A DNA stretch of 64,000 nt from the NCBI GenBank assembly GCA_040954595.2, contig CM082583.2, forward strand, positions 11,049,656 to 11,113,655, given 5' to 3'. Made by a program: the position numbers and the translations under genes. Source of the stretch: Balanoglossus misakiensis. Its lineage: Eukaryota; Animalia; Hemichordata. Positions 13,801 through 25,100 of the stretch are shown here, one piece after another. The first letter of the stretch is position 1, and each line of letters opens with the position of its first letter. The notes beneath the pieces were generated by a model, which was not told where the DNA came from, searched no databases, and saw nothing but the letters and a program-made list of their open reading frames with translations.

Positions 13801-15908
13801 TAATGCAGTTTCTCGGCGCCTTCGCTGCCGCCGCCTGCGTTTATGGAGTTTATTACGGTAAGACAAAGCAAAATGTGTGGATCCCATAACATGATTTTTC
13901 AGAAAATAGGGAGGATATGTTGAAAAAAAATTGTCTGTGGCATTAGATCACGTTCATCATGTTCATGGGAACTGAGGTACAGCTGGTCCGGGTTTAAATG
14001 TTTTTGGTTTTCCGCTTTTCTTTCCTCAGAAGCCATAGATGCGTTCGATGGCGGAGTAAGACAGGTCACTGGTCCGAATGCAACAGCGGGTATTTTTGCA
14101 ACATATCCAGCCGACTATTTGAGCATTGAAGCTGGACTAGGCGATCAGGTAACTTTCCCCACCATCTAACGATTTCGAAATAACGGGCAAATAAAAAAAA
14201 TATTATTTGCATATCATTGAGGAGTTATTGCGACAAAAAAATAACGTTTTTATCTGTACCTGTCAACACCATTCAGTAAAAACACTGTGCTATACTAGTA
14301 TCATTTTTGCGTTCTCGTCAGATATTTGGTACAATGCTGTTGGTTTCTTGCATAATGGCCATCACTGATAAAAGAAACGCCAAGCCGCCTTCGGGGATGG
14401 AACCATTTCTGATTGGCCTGGTGGTGTTCGTCATCGGTCTCTCGTTTGGCATGAACTGCGGCTACGCCATCAACCCGGCGCGCGATTTCTCACCCAGGCT
14501 TTTCACGTACTGCGTCGGCTATGGCTACGAAGTTTGGACGTAAGTGGTCTCATTTGCATATATTGCGTCATTACAGGGGCGACGCCGCAATGCTGCGCCC
14601 AAGTTGCGCACTCATCATAACAAAGGAACGGAAACAATAGGAAAGGACTATGGACAAAAGCCTATAACACACCTTTATTTCCAGTTTCTGTACATATAAA
14701 GCCACACACACACACAAAACATTGCTATAAACTATCAATGGATGCTTATTATACTCCAGTTGACTATTTTTAGTTCCCTAAGACACCATGACGCAGATGT
14801 CATAATCACTCCACTTCTGAGTCCCAGAATACAACGAACAGGCAAAGAGAATAAATCTTACACCACAACTTGTAGAAACAATATTCTCTCAGTATCACAG
14901 TTTTTTTCTTTTTCTTTACAGACCAAACGGCATGCATTGGTGGTGGGTGCCAATCCTTGGGCCTTTGATCGGAGGAGTTTGTGGCGCACTGGTCTACATC
15001 GTATTCGTCGAAGCCCACCATCCGAAGGATCAGGAATACGAGCTGGACACTGACGCCGATATCAGTACGTAACGATAATTGCTTTGTCATTATGAATAAA
15101 TGCGAGGGGGCGATTTCAGGCAAACGAAATTCTCCTGCATTATTGCGAAATAGGCCAAATAAAACTGACAGTTACCGAAATCGGGGTGTCTATTGCCACT
15201 CGGGTGACAATAGAAAAATTAGTTTCTTCTTTACAATTACTACAAAGGTTCAGATTTTTTTGCAGAGTACAAAATGGGTTTCTATTTAAAAAAAAAAAAA
15301 AAAAGGTCCGTAAATAAAACATATCCCCCACACAGTCATCAACCACTTGTGGTACATAAAAGAATATCTTAACTTTTAAGTTGAAGTCAAGAAAACGTGG
15401 ACTTTCATGCAAATTAAAACATTTGATCCAAAATGCGCAACATTTGAATTACAATTGGTGTTGAAAGCGACATTGATGACAAGTGTTTTCACCAAGGCCC
15501 CATGGTGTAATGGTTAGCACTCTGGACTTTGAATCCAGCGATCCGAGTTCAAATCTCGGTGGGACCTCTCCGCTTATTTTTTACCGCAATGCGCTATTTT
15601 CAAAGTTCTTTAAAAGTAATTGGTACTCACTAAATTTTCTCTACGCATTTTCGTTTTCTTTTCTTGTTTTGCTCCGACACGCGCACATCAAAGTCCACAG
15701 TGCCAACCATTTCCATGTTATGTGTGGATCTTTGCAAAAGGAATGATCTAACTGTTCTCTTATACATTCAGAAATTAATATCATGGGACACCACACAATA
15801 ATTATTTTATGATACTTCTTAACAGAGATGAAAGAAGTTGGGGATGGAGAGGTTTCAGGAGGAAGCGCCATAGAAGGTTCCGTAAACAATCATTATGAGG
15901 CTGACTGA
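10885..15908 (+). CDS. Aquaglyceroporin paralog B
   Basis: Exons 10885-10992, 13467-13593, 13720-13857, 14030-14148, 14322-14539, 14922-15064, 15826-15908 (TGA). Motifs GAHINPAVT and GYAINPARD; same intron positions as paralog A. Confidence 0.93.
11808..11908. mobile_element. About 100-bp TTAA-flanked MITE (piggyBac-type ends), copy 1
   Basis: TTAA-CCCTTTCA ... TGAAAGGG-TTAA; homologous copies at about 36945 and 38933. Confidence 0.75.
15496..15567 (+). tRNA. tRNA-Gln (TTG), in the last intron of aquaglyceroporin B, sense
   Basis: Same 72-nt sequence as the copy at 10243-10314; T6 at about 15577-15582. Confidence 0.97.
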
Positions 15909-16456
15909 TTTCAGAGAAGGAGAAATTTAAGTGTTCTTTCTCGATTTTTAATGCAATAAACAACCTCACTTACTCACTAATGTAGCATTAAACATTGTAC
16001 ATTCACTTTCTACATTTGGTACATACTATAGTGACTTAAATAAATGCACAACTGCTTTTGAATAGTATTCAAACAACAGTGTGACAGTGTGAGTGCGAGA
16101 GGGCGCTTTTCTAAGTGCGCTGGTGGTGTTTTCTCCACACTGTGGAGTGACTTACAATAAACGTTTATAATGAGTAAAACTCATTTCGTCAAAATGTCAT
16201 TCAAAATCAGTTTGTCTTCAGATAATGCTGATAAACAACCTGCGCAACTTCCACGGTTGGCTAGGTGTCTCGTGCGCAAACTCTTACATTGGTTGTTTAT
16301 CAAATCCGGGCATCTTCAAATACAGTAGACCCGACGTCCAAAAGATTCAGACGATCACTGCCACACGGGAGAAGACTACGTTGTCGTCACATTTATAGGC
16401 CTATGCGCATGCCAAGGGGCGCGAGTACCACAAAACATTGATTTACGGGAGAAAAT

Positions 16457-19028
16457 ATGCCGGTTCAGAAGAAAACTTGGGTCGATATCGTCGGCCGTCG
16501 TCTGAGAATTAAAAACAGGCTCGTAAGACAGTCACTAGCTGAGTTTCTCGGGACATTTGTACTTATTGTAAGTATTAAATCATTTAAAATAAAGATATAG
16601 CTTTTATATAGCTGCAATGATGGAGCACCCGCTACAATCATTGCAGTTACATCTTTATCAATGCAATGTCATATGAACTTGACACAAAAGTACGTGTTTC
16701 TCTAACTTTGCCCATTTTCCTATATTTTTTCTTTTTTCTTCTAGTGTTTCGGTTCTGGTGCCGCTGCGCAGAGAGTGCTGAGTCGAGAAGAAGCTGGCAA
16801 CGTTGTGACGGCCAACTGGGGATGGGGACTTGGGTTGTGTTTTGGAATGCACGTCGCATTCGGTCCATCGGGTAAGAAGCCTCACATTATGAAAATTGCA
16901 AATGTTATTTCAAGCACACCGAGTGACCGGGTTTCTATTCATGAGCAGTGATTATTTATTTGCCAACAACACCTTGTTCACACCTATTGTATATTGGACA
17001 CCTGGAACGTGTATGCTTTTATCTTCATTTATTCATCGTCGACCTTTCGCAACTTTTCGGCATTCCGATTTTTAAAAGTACGTACATGTACAACGTTTTG
17101 GCTTTAGTTCTGAGCTTTTGTACTGCATGGGATTTTGGTCATTTATACATGTGGCGTTAATATTTTTTCCGCTGTCACAGGAGCTCATTTCAATCCAGCC
17201 GTTTCGTTGGCACTGGCTGTGGTCGGCAGATTCCCGTGGTTGGGAGTGGTGGTGTACACTGTAGCACAGATGCTGGGCGCCTTTGTGGCATCGGCCTGCA
17301 TCTACAGCGTCTATTACGGTACGTCTCCCGTTCGATGCGCCTCCACCAAACCTCCACCGAGTTGCAACTCTATGTCAATAGCAATAAACCAGCTTCCATC
17401 CATCTATGGCGTAACGATCATCATTTTATTAGTCACCGTTTCTCCGGTTTTATTCGCATCATCGTTTTTTAAAAGTTAAATATGTTTCACATGTTATTAT
17501 TACAATTTACACGACTGTTCTAAATTAATTTCGTCTTTAAAACGCTCTTCAAATATTTGGCTTTCCTTCAAATGGATTGCCGCAATGGATTGCCATTTCT
17601 TTCGAACCGAGTGTCTTGCGAAATCATTATCCCTAATGTATTGCCCACTTTGGCATTTTCCAGATGCGCTGAACGAATTCGACGGAGGAGTGAGACAGGT
17701 CCTTGGTGAAAACGGCACGGCAGCAATTTGGGCCACTTACCCGCAACACTATCTATCGCTACTGAACGGTTTCTGGGATCAGGTAAAGTAGACACCTTTT
17801 TGTGCAAATACTAATTTACTAATTTTATTAACAAAAAAAAAACTAATTTAAACCCCTGTTATTACTTGGACTCCTCCATGCTTTGACATATACATATTGT
17901 TGATTTATTATGACTTTTATCACCGTTTATGACATTAGAGTCATTCCCGAAACTCCACAAATGTAGTTTTATATCGATTCCGGTCCGATTTCAAGTTGCA
18001 CATTCAGGAAAAAAGTTTGAGGCTAAAATAAGACGTTAATTGAGATTGGTTATTGGTTTAGATGGCCTTCTCCATGGATGACAATAGACGAGTTGCTACG
18101 AGATAAAGAAGTACTTCATTGCGTATAACAATGGCTTTCGAAAACTAATATATTTTGTGATAGGGCCACCGTAATGTGTTCAATATAATACATGTACATT
18201 TTTTCATCAGGTATTTGGCACCATGATGGTGATTATGTGCGTTATAGCAATTGTTGACTACCGAAATACGCGTCCGCCGAGTGGAATGGAACCGTTCGTT
18301 GTCGGCCTTCTAATTTTCGCCTTATCCAACTGCTTCTCGTTCAATGGGGGCGCTGCTATCAATCCTGCACGAGACTTGGCACCAAGATTATTTACGTACT
18401 GCGTTGGATATGGCGAAGAAGTGTGGCTGTAAGTATATTTATATCCAAGTAAATTTCCTCGAGACAAGTTTTAAGTAAACAGTAACCAAGACAACGCCAG
18501 TCTGTTGAGATATTTACAGTACAACAGCCAATTCCGACTTTCTCACTCTATCTATTTTTCTTTCACAGTCCATATGGAATTCACTGGTGGTGGATACCTA
18601 TAGTTGGACCCTGCATTGGTGCCACATTGGGGGCGCTTATCTACATCTTTATGGTTGAGATTCACCACCCGCCCGAGGATGATTCAGACGACGACAACAA
18701 AAGTAAGATTCTCGCACTAGATAATCCTAAAAGTTAACTTGGTATGACAATGTCAGTACAAGTTCAGGAATATTGCATTATTAATTTCACATGAATATTG
18801 TGCTTTTTTATTAAGTCTATCCATTAAAATCAGAACGGTTTTTCAATTCTTGGCACTTTTACCCCTGCAGGCTCATCAGGTATTCAGATGTCCAGTACAC
18901 CAGTGAGTAACAGAAAACGGGTCTCCAATAAAACTGGGGACGAGAGCAACCACAACAGGCAGAGCACTCAAAACCTAGAAAATGATGATGATAAGTACTC
19001 CTATGGAAATGACTCCTTTTCCATGTAA
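16457..19028 (+). CDS. Aquaglyceroporin paralog C (divergent)
   Basis: Exons 16457-16567, 16745-16871, 17181-17318, 17664-17782, 18211-18428, 18569-18702, 18871-19028 (TAA). Motifs GAHFNPAVS, WATYP and GGAAINPARD. Confidence 0.92.
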
Positions 19029-19769
19029 CACTTGACCTCTGACCTGTCAGTATCACATGATTCCAGAAGATTTCTGTGGAAATTGTTTTTGATTACAATT
19101 TTAGATGAGAATACTTGTCATTTTATATTTTTATCAATTCATTGCTCACAATTATCCTTTAGTAGGAATTCACATACAGGATGTGATGTTGAGTGAAGAC
19201 AACCAGTGATTAAGCATATTTCAGTTTAGAACAAATGAGACTTTATTTACAAAAATGTTGAGAAGTCATGGATGAAGAAGTCAAGGAGGATTATTCTCTC
19301 ACATGAAATTTATTTTCATTCCAATGTCTTATATGATTGTCTCACAGTCATATGGATGAAATTAAATTTTCATGAGTACTCCAGACATTAATTAATGTTC
19401 CTGGCTATGATCTGACATCCTTGGACTGGCACTGTAGGTGGGCAGAACTACTTTCCTGAACTAGAGGGATGGAAGTCTCACTTCATTCAGTGTTGTTCGC
19501 TTAGCAGAGGTAGATGAATTGTCATGATACAATTTACCACCAAATGTGACACTGACCAGGTTCCATGTTTGCATTATCCGCCAAACATGGCTGAACACTC
19601 AGCTGCAACATTCCAGAAACTTTGCTAAAAAAATCCCAAGTTTCCTGGCAAACTCAGCTGAACACTCCAGTGTGTTGACAACTCCATACTTTTTGGTAAT
19701 CATGGCCTGAAAACTTCCACGTTCGTTGACAATTTTTGGCTGCACATGCCAGTGGGCTGTGGGACAACA

Positions 19770-21892
19770 TCAGCTGAACACTCCCTTGTCTATGAAGGGA
19801 TACGCCCGGAACTGTCCAATCTTCATTCCGTCCTTGTCGTAGTGCAGCATATGGAAGCAGGTATCGCAGAAGAAGCATGGATCTTCCGGAGCATGGCAGT
19901 CGTTTTCAGTCACCCATCTGATGGAAAAAAGAGAGATGATGGAACTGGGAGTAAGAACCTAATGAACAGTTAATGTATCAACACAAAGTCAGAGCTCCAT
20001 TTCTCGTTCTTTTGTGAGCAACTTAAGTGAGTGAATTAATAAATGAACAAGTGAAGTATGCTTACTTGGATGTGAATATTTTACAGACTCTGCACAGCAG
20101 ACGTTGGTAGCACACTTTACGTGTTACTAAGGGATACTGAGATAAATCGTGGCAGTCGTCGATATGGAGTAACCTACAGTGCAAACAAATGGAAGAACAA
20201 ATTTTGTGCTTTGCGGTTAAAACACACAAATTCAGAAATTGTACCATGATATTATCTAGGACAAGCGACCTCCCTTTACCTCAAATCAGCAAAAGCAACG
20301 ACATGTTCACAGTCGCCCTGGTGGCAGTACAGATAAGGTTTCCCGAGCTTGATGTGTAGATCATTGAACGTGGTCTCCTCCATCTTCTTTTTGTCTAAGT
20401 TGACGGGCCAGCCTCTCCTCCTGCCACGGGCCCACTCTCTGATCGGCCTGAAAGTGTCATCAAAGTGAGTCAGCCTGAGTTCTTCATATGTTCTGTTTTG
20501 TGGGCAGTGTTCAAACTCTACCTCCACAGATATGAGCAGATGCAGTCAAAGTTTACCACCATTTATCCCCACAACAATCTGAATTCAAAGCTGCACTTGA
20601 AATTTGATGTGAAACTTACTCTGAGAGATCTCTACACAAAGGGTCTCTACTGTCATTGTAGAAAACGTTTTCTATGAAGAAGAAGGCTGATTTGAAATAG
20701 TCTTGGGCTTTATTGTCCTGTGGTAGGTCGGGTGCCTCGCTGAAATCTCCTGGTACGGACAGATCAGATGCACACAGGATGTTGTCTCGGAGTTCTGTTA
20801 AGCACTGCTGGCCCAACACAAGTATTTCTCTGTCAATGACAGCCTGTATAAGCACAGAGAAAAATATGAAAGCTTCAGGTGATAAACCCATGGGGACACA
20901 CTCTTGCCTAAGGAGATCGTCTAACATGGCGGCTTTTCTTCGCTGTGACAGCAACTCCACAGGAAGTACATATACTCACTCTTGAATTTTTGACAACCGG
21001 ATGGAAGATGACAACTGCTAACAATGCCTCTGGTTCTGTCAATATACTCTCCTCATTGGGTTCATTTATCATGTACTGATGTTCCTGTGCATGCAAAACA
21101 GATGGAAGATTCTAGTAACTGATTTGCCCAACATTCCATGATGGTCAGAATAGAATGATAAACACTATCTACTGTACTGTTCTATGAATAAAGGCCAACA
21201 AGGATGCCCATATGACAAATACTATTTCTTACCAGCTCCCAGCTGAGTGAATTGTATGTCCTCCTGTATTTGCCACTCTCAAAACTCTTTTTCCTTGTTC
21301 TGCAAACAAATCGTAAAGTAGTTTAATTGAAAGTCTTTATGTAACTAATACTATCTCTGTCAGATGTTATGCACAGTAATGACACATGCAGAGAAAACCA
21401 CACAACAGAACTAAAACTTACACGATGGTCAGTAGTTGCTCTGCACCGGTAGGAATTCCTTTTGTCAGATCTAGTTTCTTCATTGCAAGGTCTGCTTCTT
21501 GTCCCGGAGATTTTAGAGACTCAATGCTGCGGAGTGATTGGAATCAAAGAGATGGCACTTATTACTAGTAATTGGACTCATACTTTTGTCATGGTGACAC
21601 TAGAACACACGTACGACTTGCTATCTTACATTCAACCACTTGCTGTCCACACACTACATCATTACATGTACCTGCAGACGCCTTCAAGTTCCTCCACAGT
21701 CTCTGGTGGTATGCCGATGCGATCGGCCATTTCTTGTGGCGAAGTTTGCTTTCTTTCAAGTCCCATATCATCATCATCTACTACCCCGGCACACAAACTC
21801 AAAAATCCGCCCACATGCAGAAGAGTATCTTGGTCGATATCAAGGATGTCTTTTTCCGTGCTGTCACCTTCGGCTGCTTCTGCGTCCGCCAT
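19770..21892 (-). CDS. SNAPC3: snRNA-activating protein complex subunit 3 (SNAP50)
   Basis: Eight GT-AG exons. Motifs ILVLGQQCLTELRD, KSAFFFIENVFYNDSR, LGKPYLYCHQGDCEH and the C-terminal zinc finger WVTENDCHAPEDPCFFCDTCFHMLHY. Confidence 0.93.
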
Positions 21893-22132
21893 CTTGTATC
21901 AAAACATTAGTTTTGTAATGGCAAACTGTGGGTTCGTCAAACGTTTGGAATTATATATTTTTTTATATTAAAGAAGAAGTAATTCAAAATGTATGAATAA
22001 AAATATGTCATTATTTTTATTCTTAATTTCTTTAGATATTTCGATGAATTTTATCACAAGTCGATAATAAAAGTAGTGTTGAACATTTGACTAAAAATAA
22101 TGTGTTCTTGTTGCCTGTCAGCTGATATAAAC
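21893..22132. promoter_or_regulatory. Bidirectional promoter region shared by SNAPC3 and SPG11
   Basis: Only 240 bp between the divergent ATGs; AT-rich core. The starts sit in CAAGATGGCG and AACATGGCG (YY1/Kozak-like) contexts. Confidence 0.7.
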
Positions 22133-25100
22133 ATGGCGAAAAGTAGGGGAGGTCTGTGCGTTACCTTACAAGAGTTTCCAGTGTCCCTGAAGCCAAGAGA
22201 AGCTCATTATGATGCAAGGGGGAGAACAGTATGTGTCAGAAATGATGAAGGCTTATTAAGTTTATTGAAAATCGGATCAGAAGAATTTAGGACGGATATT
22301 CTGGATGGAGTACCTGTGTCACAGTGAGTACTTCCGCAAATAGGGGGCGGGGCTGGACATAGACAGCGAAGTCTGAATGTTCAAGGTTGACGATTAAATT
22401 TCAGTGACAAGTCAATATGAAAGGATGTTTCTTTCATTAATAATATTGCACGGTTTATCTACAGGCAGTGTAGGCCTGATTCTCCCAACAACCATAATAA
22501 CAGTTACCCACAGAAAATGAATAATGGACACGCCCACTAAACCATAGATACAAGTGTCAATGCCTAGACAAATCGACACAAACATTCTTTATCTTAGACA
22601 AGGACATTGACACACACTAAACTTCCTCCTGACACAATCCTAAAAAGTGCTGGGCTCATTCCATGTTCTGGGTAAATTTGCATTTGCAGGTTTGTTTGGG
22701 GCAGTCCTACCAGTGATGCTGGTAAGCACGAGACATCTGTGCACTTGTTTGCTGTTTTAACCAGAGACGGCACACTTCAACTTCATTCCATAGCAGACGA
22801 CAACCAAAGTTTTCAACTGGAAAAAGTTGCAGACTGTAGCTGTGATGCCATAAAAACTGCTGTTGAGGCCTTTTCAGGAACAGGTGAGGTGGTATTTAGG
22901 CTAAGGTGTTTTTTCCACAATGATGAATTTTCACAAGAATATAAGATGTTATGTATTTTCATCACATTGCAGAATTTTCCAGCCCAATAAATTTGAAGAT
23001 ACTTGCTCTTCAAGGTAGTCTATTGACAGTGCTGATTGAGTCCACAGTTTGCAGACTTGCACTGAGCAGTGAAAACCCTGTTGAAATACTTCAGTGCTAC
23101 CAGCTAGATGAGAAGGTGGAAGACAATTCCAAAGTGAGATACCTTCAGGGAATGGTGGTAGTTTTGCAACATAGTGGTATTGTCTGTATCCTTTGTTATT
23201 TCTAAGCAAGTGTGCAAAATCATAAGTTATTGTAGAAGAGCTGTTGCCCTGGCTTTTATTGCAGTATCTCTCCGAGTGTACTTATTCCCTTTCACATTAT
23301 ATGCAGTCATAAGTTCTTGTACCGTACAATCTGATTTGGTTCCACCAACCTTTCCTTGACCTTTGACCCAGCATTTCACTCACTAGACAAGAAAGAGAAA
23401 ATTGGAGTTGTGAATGTCAAAGAACATGTGTTGTTGGAACACCCAGCATCTGTATACGAGGACAATGAAACCGACTTTGAAAAGTTTGATATCGCCGAAG
23501 ATCTGACTACTTTAGTGGTGTGTGATTCAAGGAATAATGTGATTCCTGTTGACCTGAATGAATATTTTAAACTGAATGCTCAACATTTACTGAAGAAGAA
23601 ACCAGTGGAGGGTGCATCAGGGGATCACCCGAGTCATTTGGACAGATCTGGGAGATATAGGGACATCAGTACTGACAGTAATCGGAGATGGCTGAATCAA
23701 ATTGATAATATCAGATTGAGATGTATGCAGCCAATTGTGCACAGTGACGTTCAGGTCGGATGTCAAGGTGTTGGCATGCCGACTGTGTGCCTCCGAACAA
23801 AGGGCAGGAGTCGGAACTGGTATGAGGACATAGATGGCATCAGAGTTCCTACGAAGTGGGTACGGACACGTGATGACGGCGGTGCAATGGACCAAACAGA
23901 GGGCAAGGTCGTCGTCAGTGGGTTTTTGAAAAGACGAAGCCGGACATCATCACTCCAAAGCCAGTCCAGTCAGGAGTGGAGGCACGGCGCTATACCAGCG
24001 CAGAATGAGTGTGTTATATTGCCCTCGCCAGTCGACAAAGGTGCAATGCAGGTGTCCAGTCTCTACGTGAACGGCACCTCCGTCCTTGTCTGGTACGTCA
24101 CCAGAGATGAAACGCAGGGAGTACGTTCTGTGGCATGTGTATTTGATTTGGGCAGTGGGCGTCAAGAGCTGAGCGAGTTCACCGAGCCAGCGTGTGTTGC
24201 CTTCTCTCCTGTGAACACCCACCCACACTTGATTGTTACAAAGTCTTGCATTGCTGCAGTTGCGATGAGTGAAGAACAAGAAGGTTTTGTCAACAAGGTA
24301 TACATTACATTTTTTGCAAAAGATTGAAGGATTATGTCTCATTAGTAATAGTCAATTTGGTATGAATTTTCAACAAAACAAAATTGAACTTATATGTCCA
24401 TATTCATATACAATGTTTTTATATCATTTCATATTGACAGCTGATGATGTATGACAGTGCGACTGTGGCCGACAGTGTGTGCCGGGTCAATCGGTGGGAT
24501 AGGTGCTCGATTCCCATTCATGCCTTGGAAATTGGACTCCGGCACAGGCAGTTAGACACAGTGGCTTTCTTCCTGAAAAGTAGGGAATCAGGTTAGTAAA
24601 CTTTCTCTGCATATATATTTTATTTGGTGCCATGTACTGTTCATGTTGGTCAATTTATTACCAGCTTATAATGTTGATCATTTGATAACAGTGTGAATTA
24701 TCGGACGCCATGCGACAATGATTATTTTGTCTCTCTTGTTGAAGTCTCACAACTTTCAATATATCTCGTGAATTTCTACATATATATAATACTGTCGCTA
24801 TACACATACATTATACACATGTACCGCACTTTTGTGCATGTCATGCATTTTTTTCAGTACATAATTATGTTGTAATGTCATTCACTATGTTGCATGGATC
24901 AGACAATCTTTCTTGGAGTAAACTAGTAGTAAAAACTTTTATTTTACCTAAACATTATGACATTACATTTTATGTTATTGCACTTTCATTTATGTTTTAC
25001 ATCCTGGTACCATCACTATTTGTTTTCTCCTCTCCACTCAGTGTTCACCATGCCAACCCATTTCAAACTCGCACACCCATCTTCCTCTCCCTCCTCCTCC

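Noticed and set aside
7132-15567. tRNA-derived SINEs, or short ORFs containing [20 protein letters not shown]
   Set aside because: Similarity is confined to the 72-nt tRNA with no shared body or tail, and the peptides are just tRNA sequence translated.
20845-20980. Possible GC-donor microexon in a SNAPC3 intron
   Set aside because: The flanking exons join in phase 0 and give a normal-looking SNAP50 sequence without it.
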